Source of the DNA: Podarcis liolepis
Taxonomy: Eukaryota
Strand: one strand, 5' to 3'
Assembly (NCBI GenBank): GCA_965112155.1
Contig: OZ218108.1
Length of the DNA stretch: 64,000 bases
Positions 50,701 through 58,671 of this stretch are shown piece by piece; position 1 is the stretch's first letter, and each line of letters opens with the position of its first letter. The position numbers and the translations under genes were made by a program. The notes under the pieces are model-generated. The model did not search any database and had not been told where the DNA came from. It was given only the letters and a program-made list of their open reading frames with translations.

Positions 50701-51954
50701 TTTCGCTCCCCCCCCCTTTTTCTAAGCCGCTAATAGCCTTTTAGCCGCTAATCCGCTAATCCTTTAATAGCCACTAAGACTTTAATAGCCGCTAAACCGC
50801 TAATAGCACTAAGCCGCTAATAGGGTTGCTTCGCAAGACGAAAAAACCGCTAGACGAAGAGACTCGCGGAACGGATTAATTTCGTCTTGCGAGGCACCAC
50901 TGTAACATGCCAATTCACACATGCATCCAAGGAAGTCTGCAGGGCTGCCCCCAATTTACAACAAAAAAGCCCATGCAGATCTCTTTACAAGGAGACTACC
51001 AAGAAGTCACTTCATGGATAACACTTCATGATTGCTTCAGTTAGTTGTAACATGCAAACTATGGAATGAATTAATAGATGGGGAAATCCTCAATATGCAA
51101 ATATACAGCAGAACTCCCAATGCATAGCTGAATAAGCCTGGGGGAAGAACTTCCTGCATTTCTCTTCTTGAACTGTGATTGAAAACAATTGTCTAATCAC
51201 ATGTATTTGCATCTTTTGTATGGATACCAAAGAAGTCACGGAAAATTTTGTTCTCTATTATTTGTATAGGAAGAGAATCCATAAAAAACCTCCTATAAAA
51301 TATAGTGGGGGAACCCTAGACATGCCTCCTAGTTTCAGGACAGCTAGATATAAGCAGCCTTTGATGCAATGTGAATACTAAATATATCCATGGATAAATA
51401 TTTGATGTGGCAATTACGGGGACTATGCTGTACATACAACCATATTGTCTTGTGAGCAAATAAAGCAGACTTCCGCTTAAGAAGGTATCCATAAATGCAA
51501 GGAGACATCTTCCAGAAGGCTAGTCAAACAACTGATAAGTTACCTGATGCACTTTAAAAAGAGATTTCAAAGGACTAATGGGAAGGACATTGTATATAAA
51601 AAAGTTACTTACTTACTACAGAGCCTGTCAAGCTCACATTGAATTTAGATAAAAAAGTTATTGCAAAACAGTATAAGAATGATGATGCAACGCACTGAAT
51701 ATTAACCAAAACCAATTATAATCACATTTTTAAAAAATAAGCCAGTTATATTTTTAGAATGTTTTTGTTTAATTTGCTGGAAGCTTCACTTTTAAACCCA
51801 CAACACAAATCAAGGAAAAGCAGATGGCAACACTAAGCAGCGCACACTGATAAACAACCCACCTCTTAAAGACAGAAAGTGGGCTTCTGAAAGCCAAACA
51901 GCTGTTTTGAAAAATAAGGAACAATATTAGCAGGTTGTTAACGAGGCCAGCCAT
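2684..51954 (-). CDS. PAM: Peptidylglycine alpha-amidating monooxygenase, partial multi-exon CDS (signal/pro-peptide, PHM domain, linker, exon A); continues beyond the window's left edge
   Basis: 14 GT-AG exons (92,121,58,88,86,84,49,68,81,77,104,185,72,318 nt; total 1483) splice in frame to MAGLVNNLLILFLIFQNSCLAFRSPLSVFKRYKDS...VHHMLLFGC...QVHYGD...VHTHHLG...DEMCNFY...HGHHEE...EEEVLDQGDFYSLISK...; closely matches the vertebrate PAM sequence as I recall it. Confidence 0.98.
4704..4839. mobile_element. Young hAT-type MITE
   Basis: About 34-bp perfect TIR CAGGCTTCCTCAACCTCGGCCCTCCAGATGTTTT; perfect 8-bp TSD ACCTAAAG. Confidence 0.92.
4848..4983. mobile_element. Older hAT-type MITE of the same group
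   Basis: GGACTACAACTTCCATCA / TGATGGGAATTGTAGTCC palindromic core; degenerate TSD ACCTAAAG/ATCTAAGG. Confidence 0.8.
6340..6465 (+). repeat. L2-type 3' tail with (TAAA)n(TTA)n microsatellite
   Basis: GCTGCCCAGAGTGGCTGGG...CCCAGCC stem-loop followed by tandem TAAA and TTA. Confidence 0.75.
7708..7916. mobile_element. Tigger-like MITE
   Basis: TA|CAGTGGTACCTC...GAGGTTACCACTG|TA; same family as 55811-56009. Confidence 0.88.
9331..11312 (-). mobile_element. Young 5'-truncated L2-clade non-LTR retrotransposon (RT half of ORF2, 3' UTR stem-loop, (TTA)n tail)
   Basis: GC-rich block with uninterrupted RT frame; 3' end tgttagccgccctgagcccggcttcggctggggagggcgggatataaataaaa followed by (tta)n; no TSD, which is usual for the CR1/L2 group. 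Confidence 0.92.
9539..11281 (-). CDS. L2 LINE ORF2 fragment, reverse transcriptase domain (no endonuclease, no native start)
   Basis: Motifs NYRPVSNLPFLGK, QSGFR, LLDLSAAFD, GVPQGAILSP, YADD, LKLNPSKTE, SRLDYCNSL, LHWLP; frame is open upstream to about 11311 (FSIIRSLTSLV). Confidence 0.9.
   Translation of the reverse strand: MGQPNLNNNLTLSCEAFASFFAEKVLSLRHDLPANLDTIKELEAPRLSSGPVLDHFDRISPADVDRLLRAGKPTTCPLDPCPSWLIRACPDEVRALLGDIINLSLGTGTFPGELKEAVVRPLLKKTSLDPLDLSNYRPVSNLPFLGKVIERAVAEQLGGFLDETSALDPFQSGFRTGHGTETALVALTDDLRRQLDRGGSGLLILLDLSAAFDMVDHELLDHRLADVGIQGTVLQWLRSFLSGRGQRVALGGELSSRHSLVCGVPQGAILSPMLFNIFMRPLAQLVRSFGLGCHQYADDTQLYLLMDGHPDSAPDTLTRCLEAVAGWLRGSRLKLNPSKTEVLWLGRGDMGLGGQLPSLAGAQLVPAPSVKSLGVIFDASLSMEAQIAAITKAAFFHLRQAKQLAPYLSRPDLATVIHATVTSRLDYCNSLYVGLPLRLTQKLQRVQNAAARLLMGSSLRDHIHPVLHQLHWLPVEYRIRFKVLVLTFKALYGLGPSYLRDRLSWYAPQRNLRSSNKNILKVPGHREVRLASTRARAFSAVAPIWWNTLSQETRALRDLTSFRRACKTELFRQAFGQGTA
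12081..12152 (-). CDS. PAM: PAM coding exon 13 (linker): (E)AKSGDTVSVMQQPKRDEEEVLDQ(G)
   Basis: ttttcag|AA...CAG G|gtacgt, 72 nt, QQPKR-EEEVLDQ motif. Confidence 0.95.
13435..13619 (-). CDS. PAM: PAM coding exon 12: GTASDEMCNFYIMYYMEAKH...IPVKPDMTMVHGHHE; CuM Met ligand and His cluster
   Basis: ctatag|G...GAA G|gtatgt, 185 nt, DEMCN motif and HGHH. Confidence 0.97.
14130..14155. repeat. (CA)n microsatellite
   Basis: direct inspection. Confidence 0.95.
16060..16450 (+). mobile_element. Old L2 LINE 3' fragment
   Basis: TRDQALDVAGPALWNSL...FSCVLKTILF followed by a T-rich 3' UTR. Confidence 0.7.
16909..17012 (-). CDS. PAM: PAM coding exon 11: AFYPVENPVEIKYGDTLAARCLFTGEGRSSKTFI(G)
   Basis: tctcag|GCA...ATA GG|gtatgt, 104 nt. 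Confidence 0.97.
18925..19001 (-). CDS. PAM: PAM coding exon 10: KVVSGYRVRDGQWTLIGRQSPQLPQ
   Basis: tttcag|GA...CAG|gtatgt, 77 nt. Confidence 0.97.
20028..20108 (-). CDS. PAM: PAM coding exon 9: VNADIACSYKMYPMHVFAYRVHTHHL(G); two CuM His ligands
   Basis: tgacag|CG...TTA G|gtaagc, 81 nt, FAYRVHTHHLG motif. Confidence 0.97.
   Translation of the reverse strand, partial: RLMQILLAVIKCTQCTCLPTEYTRII
21545..21612 (-). CDS. PAM: PAM coding exon 8: QPMIAGMYLMMSMDTVIPPGEK(A)
   Basis: tttaaag|G CAG...AAA G|gtgatt, 68 nt. Confidence 0.96.
21737..21770. repeat. (CA)n microsatellite
   Basis: direct inspection. Confidence 0.95.
21889..22457. mobile_element. Non-autonomous hAT (Charlie-like) element, 569 bp
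   Basis: TIR CAGTGGTTTTCA / TGAAAACCTCTG; 8-bp TSD CACCGAGA/CACTAAGA. Confidence 0.75.
23274..23305. repeat. (CA)n microsatellite
   Basis: direct inspection. Confidence 0.95.
23439..23487 (-). CDS. PAM: PAM coding exon 7: KHKDCSGVTLHLTNQ(K)
   Basis: gtgcag|AT...CAA AA|gtaagt, 49 nt, KDCSGV motif. Confidence 0.96.
28300..28383 (-). CDS. PAM: PAM coding exon 6: VGFKVGGEEGSKYFVLQVHYGDVSAFK(D); third CuH His
   Basis: gttaag|GT...AAA G|gtatgt, 84 nt, LQVHYG motif. Confidence 0.97.
29225..29310 (-). CDS. PAM: PAM coding exon 5: DCDGGTCTDTSNILYAWARNAPPTRLPK(G)
   Basis: gtttcag|G...AAA G|gtatga, 86 nt, ILYAWARNAPP motif. Confidence 0.97.
29572..29715 (-). mobile_element. Degenerate MIR-like SINE
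   Basis: Similar to the 62035-62404 element (ATTTTATCTTCACAAC...GTAGGTTAG..TGAGAG...GCCCAAG). Confidence 0.6.
30786..31244 (+). mobile_element. Solo LTR (459 bp), different family
   Basis: TGTTA...TGACA termini; perfect 5-bp TSD ATATG (30781-85, 31245-49); AATAAA at 31032. Confidence 0.75.
32709..32756. repeat. Compound (CT)n(GT)n microsatellite
   Basis: direct inspection. Confidence 0.95.
34973..35060 (-). CDS. PAM: PAM coding exon 4: DFKPHASMDTVHHMLLFGCNNPSSDEDY(W); two CuH His ligands
   Basis: ctttcag|TT GAC...TAC TG|gtaagg, 88 nt, VHHM motif. Confidence 0.97.
35379..36135 (+). mobile_element. Solo LTR (757 bp, probably Gypsy-type) with a long internal ORF
   Basis: TGTCAG...CTGACA termini; perfect 5-bp TSD GTTAC (35374-78, 36136-40); TATA-like TTATAAGA at 36011; AATAAA at 36062; CpG-rich, so recent. 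Confidence 0.9.
35452..36000 (+). CDS. Hypothetical LTR (U3)-encoded acidic/Ser-rich protein with basic C-terminus, 182 aa from ATG; frame open from 35380
   Basis: No stop from LTR base 2 to TGA at 35998-36000; ends RRTVRRKRWSKARILSWCTRGGDSDGA. Confidence 0.4.
   Translation: MSDDDDPRSPSLSSESEDSQKGAPVARARGELRGTPQEEGSREGSEGSSWKSGPASPTERSGEERRQVSSSGSSQQGGGHESGVATPPSESEETVKRKVEGWARAPSSNAQEGGAVSSPEREPGPKARRKETGGSGGSASEESRKEETTGGRGTQRRTVRRKRWSKARILSWCTRGGDSDGA
37936..38281 (-). mobile_element. Solo LTR (346 bp), sense to PAM
   Basis: Minus strand TGTCAGGG...CCCTTACA; perfect 5-bp TSD ATATC (37931-35, 38282-86). Confidence 0.85.
38289..38530 (-). mobile_element. CR1 LINE 3' fragment
   Basis: Translates to RFHLNIRKNFLMVRAVHLWNGLPRKVVDSPSLE (CR1 ORF2 C-terminus), followed by a CR1-type 3' UTR GGACTAGATGACCCTTGGGATCCCTTCCAGCTCTAC. 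Confidence 0.9.
41975..42111. mobile_element. hAT-type MITE
   Basis: CAGCCTT...AAGGCTG termini; 8-bp TSD CCTTAACT/CCTTAAGC. Confidence 0.82.
42913..42970 (-). CDS. PAM: PAM coding exon 3: SDTYLCMSVRLPVEEEAYV(V)
   Basis: ttccag|TCT...GTA G|gtgagt, 58 nt. Confidence 0.97.
44400..44515. mobile_element. Degenerate hAT-type MITE
   Basis: CCTTTGGCCCTCCAGATGTTGCT...AGCAACATGTGGAGGGCCAAAGG inverted repeat. Confidence 0.7.
44706..44756. repeat. Compound (TTA)n(GCA)n microsatellite
   Basis: direct inspection. Confidence 0.95.
49215..49488 (+). mobile_element. L2 LINE ORF2 3' fragment
   Basis: TFKALNG.GP.YLK...TRRRAFSAVAPALWNAL...FKRHLKAAL, homologous to the C-terminus of the 9539-11281 ORF. Confidence 0.85.
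50134..50254 (-). CDS. PAM: PAM coding exon 2: (R)YKDSAKSHSNECLGSNRQLVPLSLSDFALDIRMPGVTPKQ
   Basis: ttttag|G...CAG|gtgaga, 121 nt, DFALDIRMPGVTPKQ motif. Confidence 0.97.
50555..50902. mobile_element. Tigger/pogo-like MITE with internal repeats
   Basis: TA|CAGTGGTGGCCCGCAAGACGAA...TTCGTCTTGCGAGGCACCACTG|TA; reiterated GC(A/T)AGACG motif and (AGCCGCTAAT)-like repeats. Confidence 0.88.
51863..51954 (-). CDS. PAM: PAM first coding exon: signal peptide and propeptide MAGLVNNLLILFLIFQNSCLA/FRSPLSVFK(R)
   Basis: ATG at 51954-51952 in strong Kozak context (AACATGG); conserved FRSPLSVFKR propeptide; donor AG|gtgggt, phase 2. Confidence 0.96.
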
Positions 51955-52383
51955 GTTCACCCCGCTGTTCCTGACCCGATTAAGGAAGCAGGGAAAGGGC
52001 AGTGTAGCTCTGTCGGCTGTGATCCTGACAATTAGGCAGCAGCACTGCTATCAGTTTGCTACTTCATTATGATGTTCTCCACAGGCATCCTACAGCTTTT
52101 GACAGACCATCTGTCCTGGACGGTGGTGTGCTCTAAATCAGTAAGGTGAGATGATACTGTGCTTTCTTCATTGGAAGCAAGGGGGGGTAGGAAAGGGAGG
52201 AGGGCAGGGGAGAGAGTCTTTCCTTTGCTATGTCCAGTGACAGAGCAGAAGCAGAATTCACAGCCGTGGTGCTTTATTCCAGCCTACTGTAAAATCTCCA
52301 TTTTGGAAAAAAATCAATCCATTCCACAGTGCAAGAGACTCCAAGTGGCACTGCAGAAACCCATGTCGCTCGTCATTCAGGAC
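51955..52383 (-). other. PAM: Probable 5' UTR part of the PAM first coding exon
   Basis: Strong acceptor tctgtttctatttttgcag|GTCC at 52384; mammalian PAM also has a long UTR segment in this exon; a closer acceptor near 52135-52160 cannot be excluded. Confidence 0.55.
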
Positions 52384-53256
52384 CTGCAAAAATAGAAACA
52401 GATAATGGGTGACTAACACATTACAGCATTAGTTCTCAGCAAATACTTGCTAAAGCTTTTTCGCACATTAGGAGTTTCACAAGCTCTAGCTCAACTCAGA
52501 AAAGGTATTGTAAACTTTGTTGACCCTCTCCCCTCCGCCGTCCTCACAACTCCATGCAACAATTCTCACAAGTATGGTATATATTCTTTGTAACATGAAC
52601 TGTGAATGCTAGAGGTGATGCTATCAAAAGTAGTTTATCAAACTCCCTAATGCCTTCAAGTGACAAACTTAGAAAGCTTAAGTGCATTTAGCCATTACCT
52701 AGCTTTTCTTCCTCTACTTCAGAGAAGGCAGTATTCAGTGCTGAGTATCATACACAATATTCTTTTACCAAGAATTAAGTAAAGTCCACTTTTTCCATAA
52801 AATTTAGAGCAAGTGCAAAGTTTGCTAGCAGAAAATTCAAATGTCTGTGTGTATATGAAACACAGTGTCTGACCTTCCAGCTATAGAACAAACGGCATAT
52901 AAATAAATGTGAATATTAAATAAATAATTAGTAGTTCAAATTTCAATGAACTAGAACAGTGTTCCTCAAACAGTATGCTAGGACCCACCAATGCACCATG
53001 GGACACTTTCAGGGGGCCTCAATACCACAGTCTGCCCAGGGTTTCCCACTTGCCAGTCCCATCCTCTAGCCATGTCATATAGCCTTTTGGTTGGACCACT
53101 GCCAGCACCAGCATGCTGGGATCTTACATGCTGAGAAGTCATGGCTAGGCGACAGAGATGTTCAGCAGGAGAAGGAAGGTCTCACGCCTCTGAGGTATAT
53201 TCTGCCTGAAGTGTGGTAGGCTATCGCAATGCCTCCAGAGCAAATATTAATATTTA

Positions 53257-54081
53257 CCGTATTTTCCATCCCAAAGGACGCTCCGCCCCATAGGACGCAC
53301 CTAGTTTTTTGGGGGGGAAATAAAGGAATTTCCCCCCTTTATTTCCCCCCCAAAACCAGGTCGGGGAAACCAAACCAGGTTGAGGAACAGCGGTATGGCG
53401 GCGCTGCGTCTCCTTGCTGTCCCCCGAGCTTGTGGAGCTGGCCAATGTCTGTCCGGCGGGCGGGGCACTCTGCTTCAGGGCGCCCCTCGCGCTGGGCGGC
53501 AGGCTGCTATCCGCAGCGTGGGGAGCCCTGCGGGGAACTCCCCAGGGCTCCAACACGCTGCGGGTGTCTGTCCAGCGGGCGGGGCGCTCTGCTTCAGGGC
53601 GCCCCTTGCACCGGGTGGCAAGCTGCTATCCGCAGCATGGGGAGCCCTGCGGGGAACTCCCGCAGGACTCCAACACGCTGCAGATGTCTGCCCGGCGCGA
53701 GGGGCGCTCTGCTTCAGGGCGCCCTTCGCGCTGGGCGGCAGGCTGCTATCCGCAGCGTGGGGAGCCCTGCGGGAACTCCCGCAGGGCTGCCTAGGCTGCG
53801 GGTGTATTCCTGAAGCGCCGGGCACTCTGCTTTCAGCGCGCCTGGCGCTCCAGGAAGCAGGCTGCTATCCGCAGCCTAGACAGCCCTGCAGGAACTCCCG
53901 CAGGGCTGCCTAGGCTGCGGGTGTGTTCCTGAAGCCTGGATAGCGAGAGGGGTCGGTGCGCACCGACCCCTCTCACTCTCCAAGCTTCAGCGAAATCCTG
54001 CATTCGCCCCATAGGACGCACCCAGATTTCCCCTTCATTTTTGGAGGGGGAAAAGTGCGTCCTATAGGGCGAAAAATACGG
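53257..54081. mobile_element. Non-autonomous Tc1/mariner-superfamily (pogo/Tc2-like) element carrying a GC-rich minisatellite
   Basis: TA|CCGTATTTT...AAAAATACGG|TA termini; repeated subterminal CCCCATAGGACGCAC motif. Confidence 0.85.
53446..53935. repeat. CpG-rich tandem repeat, 119-120 bp unit, about 4 copies
   Basis: Units start at 53446, 53565 and 53685, with a divergent copy at about 53803. Confidence 0.9.
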
Positions 54082-55810
54082 TAGCTTGAAGAAAGCTGAG
54101 CTATGAAACACCTTGCCCCAAGGAACATGCTGAGCCAATTAGATCTCAATAGAAAATGATGTCAGTAATTGCCAACGGGTTATGCCAAACTCTGCCTCTA
54201 CCTGCCACCATTTTGTGGTCCAAGAAATGTTCAACGTTTTTAAGACTGTGATGAGTAGCATCATAGTTTTACATTAAACATTTGATAATTATATGCCTGC
54301 TGATCAGAATCACAGCACTATTTGTCTTGTAAGCTAATACTGCGAATATGGAAAAGTGAACATGGAGAATGTGTGGCGATTAAGATGATATCCTAAATTT
54401 AAAAGTAACATATTGACAAAAATAAAATGCAGAAGTGTTAAAAAAACACACCCAGATCTCAGCAAGGTCAAGTTTCATCAAGAGATTTCTGTTTATTATT
54501 TATGAATTGCCTCAAGTATTTTGGGCACTATGCTGAACAACTAGGGGAAGCACTGTTTAGAGAGAGCTTTCAGTCTAGAAATGAAAACTGAGGAACAATA
54601 GAATAAAATGGGAACAAGTGAGGATAAAGGATACAACAACAAGATTACACGGTTCTTAGGTTCATTATGTGTGCATCGTGATACGGCAGCTTTGCTTTGG
54701 GTTAGAATAGATGCTCCACAGGAAGACAGCAAATAAGTAGGGGAGACAGAAAAAAAGGTCAAGTAGAAAGGCTGGGGAAATGTTTTGACCTATTGGAAGT
54801 CAACCTCACTTTTATAGCGGCTGCACATTTCCTTTCCATCATCAAAGTTTAGCTTGGACCAATTTGCAATTTATTCCTACTTTGCAGAATTGTGTTTTCC
54901 CACATCTTAAGCTGTTGGTTGATAGATTGATCAAAAAAACTAAACATTTGCTGCAGATGAGTGGAGGAGCAGGCGAGGTAAAACACTACGGATTTGACTG
55001 GATTGACTCAACAAGTGGCTTTAGATGTTTCTTCTATGGGAGATTTTTTTACATGTCATCCTCTTATTTCCTTAGATTCTAAACAATTGACAGGAAAGCA
55101 GCCTATGTGCCCAATAGAAAATTCACAAATACTTTTTAAATATTACATATACAGTGCACAAACAGATTGTATAGAACTCCTGTGTGCTTCCTATTCTACC
55201 TATTTAAACATTTGAAGCCCATCAATATTTTGTTGAACCTGGCATGGAGACAGCTTAAAACAGGAGGATGATGGGTTAGTGAAGCATGTATCCCCTGTGT
55301 CATGGGACAGAATTTGCTTAGGTAAGCTTCTAAAACCATATGTGACTCTTCTAGAGAAGGGGAATTTGTGTGACTGTCTTAATTGTAGGCAATAGGTGAA
55401 CTGCTTGGACTTTCGCTTGTTTGAAAAATACATACTTTGTCTTAAAGTGAGGGAATTGTCTTGTAGATTGTGTCAACATGCACACATACTGAAAATGAGA
55501 ATTTATTTGAGGATTAAGCACTCCAGCAACACCCAAAGGCATGTAGAACATTAAGACAATGGAATATGTGTGACACATCATGCTCAATTCCAATTATAAC
55601 AATAGTCCCAGCATTACAGGACATAAGTACAGTATCGGTTTACGACTACAGATTTCATTCTGTGTTTCTGGACCAAGTCAACAAATGATTTAACAAACAT
55701 CCAATGTCTCAATTTAAACTCCGTTCTTGGCACTTGAAACATGCCCAGAATCCAACACTGAATAGCTAAACCAGAAAGCCTTCATTTATTTACTGTGAAG
55801 AATTTCAGTA

Positions 55811-56009
55811 CAGTGGTACCTCAGGTTACAGACTCCGCTAACCCAGAAATAGTACCTTGAGCTAAGAACTTTACTTCAGGATGAGAACAGAAATCGTGTG
55901 GCGGCAGCGGAAGGCCCCATTAGCTAAAGTGGTACCTCAAGTTAAGAACAGTTTCAGGTTAAGAACGGATCTCTGGAACAAATTAAGTTCTTAACCCGAG
56001 GTACTACTA
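55811..56009. mobile_element. Tigger-like MITE
   Basis: TA|CAGTGGTACCTCAGGTTA...TAACCCGAGGTACTACTA|TA; colinear with 7708-7916. Confidence 0.88.
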
Positions 56010-57487
56010 TATAGACACATCCCCACCACTTACAAAAATTAAGTGACTTTTCCCAATTGATTACCTTGACAAAATATGGATATAGCCCATGAGAGGTTAA
56101 CATCAGAGTCTCATCTGTTTTTATTCTCTATTTTAGATTATTTCACTCCCCACCTGAAACTGGGACTTCCAGAAGTTAAGCAACTTCACACTTCAGAGGT
56201 AGCAATGGTGTGGACATAAAATGCTTAATTTTGACTAGTTTAGACCTATAATGTCTATACCATTACAATCCCGAAGCATGAAGTTAATTAACCTCCCAAA
56301 GAAATTAAACATCCCAGATGCCATCCACCTGCATTCTTTTTAACAAGTTGTATCAGCTCTTAACATTTTAACAGCTTTGCATATCCATGTAACAGGAATA
56401 CGACATTGCCCCTGAACAGTCTTTTAACCAGTCTTCTCATTTCTCACATACTGCTCTTTTCAGGACGACTACTGTACGTCTTTGTGTGTGCCGTAGTTTC
56501 CATCTCTACTTACCCATTTCAAAACATACATACTGAAATTCAATGCATGTTTCATTCATGGAGATGAAACAAACATTGCTTTTGAAAGCATGCCTCCCAC
56601 CTACTGGAACGCTGTAAATCTGTAGACTTCCTTCCTCCAGAGAATTCCAGAGTGCACAGAAAGCATTTAAATGGTTATGGATAATGTAGTAGACTGCTCA
56701 GCTAGTCAAAGTATCCTGCCATGTCTTATGCTAAAGCTACTCCATTTTCCCAGCAGGAAATATTCAGGAAATGCTCCATTTAACAAAGAGCACAATAATG
56801 ATTAACAAGGCAGCAAGATCCCCATGAGATATTACACCTCCAGATGTCCATAATAAAAAGAAAAAACCATCAATGAAATTACACAAATAGAGAATAATAA
56901 AGGGAAGCAAAAAAATAAATGGAAATGTACTTTTTCTACTGGCAAAGTGCTTCTAAAGGGTCACACACTTTTGCACAGAAAAAGAAATGCAGTCTAGATG
57001 TCTGCTATGCTTTATCTTTGCATATTTAAAGTTTTCTAAAATAGCACATCTACTATCAACATGGACAACCGCAAAGACTACTAGCATACTTACAAAACAC
57101 TAATCTTAGATTAATCATCTATTATTAGTATCAAACTACTTTCCTGTATTTTTTAAGCTTGTCTCATGGTTAACCTTCTGTTGATAGTAAATAAATATGT
57201 ATGTATACTTCTTTTATACAAGACTTACATTTGCATTACAAAAATGACCAAAAGAAGTCTTTTTTTGTGGTGGCCCCCAAGCTCTAAAATAGTTAGCCAG
57301 TATGATGCAACTGCCCAGAGACTGGCTCCTTCAAATAAATTGTTAAGGCCTTTCTCTTCAGACAAGCTTTTAATAATTCGGGTATTGTTTAAATGCTGAA
57401 TGCCAGTTTTTAATCTACAACTGCTGTTCCTGAAACTTTATTGCCATTTTATTTTTTCTTTAAATGCAACCCCCTTTTGGAGCAATT

Positions 57488-57547
57488 GTAGGCTATAAAT
57501 TAACCAAATAAATAAAAGTAGGCTATAAATTCACCAAATAAATAAAA
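57488..57547. repeat. 30-bp tandem duplication
   Basis: GTAGGCTATAAATT(A/C)ACCAAATAAATAAAA x2. Confidence 0.9.
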
Positions 57548-58422
57548 ATGCACTGCCAATGTGAACATTTATAATACAATGAAAGCACGGGCTACGAAAG
57601 ATTTTCACTAGAGTAAAAGTGGTTAAGAACAGAACAAACATTTTGTTAGAATCATTCCTGCCATGCTGAAATACATTCACAGCACCTGCTTGCAGAGGGC
57701 CAGTGGTTAAGTTGTATTCTTTGAATTCTCTATATAAAAATATGTGCCAGAAATTAGAATAAACCAGCCACAAGAAAGCAAACTGCAAAGCTAATGGGAA
57801 AGAAACCGCTGGTCTGACACAATGATCCCTGACTAAAATAAGGGGAAAGACAGAACATGAAGGCAGAACTATGAATGCTAATACCACATATACTTTCTCA
57901 CTACTAATCTGCAGTACTGTCAGATGCTACTATTGGAAACATTTCTTTAAACAGAAGCCAAAACAAATTTTCCGGCGTAGTCAAACTATCATTTTCCTTT
58001 TGTTTTTTATTAAGCTATGTTTTTATACAAAACTGCACTGTAATCCTTGGATGAAGGGTGGTATAATAAATAAAATAATAAGGCATGGAAAGAAGTGGTC
58101 AGACAAATGAGATAATAGCAGGTCTATGCATTTCCTTTAGAAGATTCATCTTTGAAGATGACCTTTGGAGACTGCTTGGAAACTTCAGCAGATGCATAAA
58201 GAAGCTTCCCAATTGCTTGGAGGGGTGTGTGTGCAAGAAATCAGAGTGTATAAACACTGGTTCTGTACCAGCTGCACTGACTGAAAGTGTGTTCCAAGGC
58301 CAGTTTAAAGTGCTCTCTATCTAAAACCCTAAATGGACCAAGCAGATTATTTGAAAAACAGCTCACACCTATAAGAGCCTGCTCAGGCTTTAAGACTGGC
58401 CATGGAGGTCCTAATCAGAGTA

Positions 58423-58671
58423 CAGTCGTACCTTGGATCCCAAATGCCTTGGTACCCAGACATTTTGGCTCCTGAATGCCACAAATCCAGAAGTGAGTGT
58501 TCTGGTTTGCAAATGTTCTTTGGAACCCGAACGTCCGACGGGCTTCAGCGGCTTCCGATTGGCTGCAGGAGCTTCCTGCAGCCAATGAGAAGCCACGCTT
58601 TGGTTTCCAAACATTTTGGAAGTCAAATTGACTTCCAGAACATATTCCATTCGGCTTCCAAGGTACGACTG
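58423..58671. mobile_element. Tigger-like MITE, different subfamily
   Basis: Perfect 15-bp TIR CAGTCGTACCTTGGA; TA TSD. Confidence 0.88.

Noticed and set aside
50555-50902. CRISPR-like or iteron-like array
   Set aside because: Eukaryotic context, short irregularly spaced motifs, bounded by TIRs and a TA TSD: a MITE.
51955-51960. GTG start two codons upstream as called in the ORF track
   Set aside because: The ATG at 51954 has strong Kozak context and matches the vertebrate PAM N-terminus (MAG).
53229-54138. Six overlapping ORFs of 100-194 aa
   Set aside because: Products of a stop-poor GC-rich 120-bp tandem repeat inside a non-autonomous transposon; no transposase motifs.
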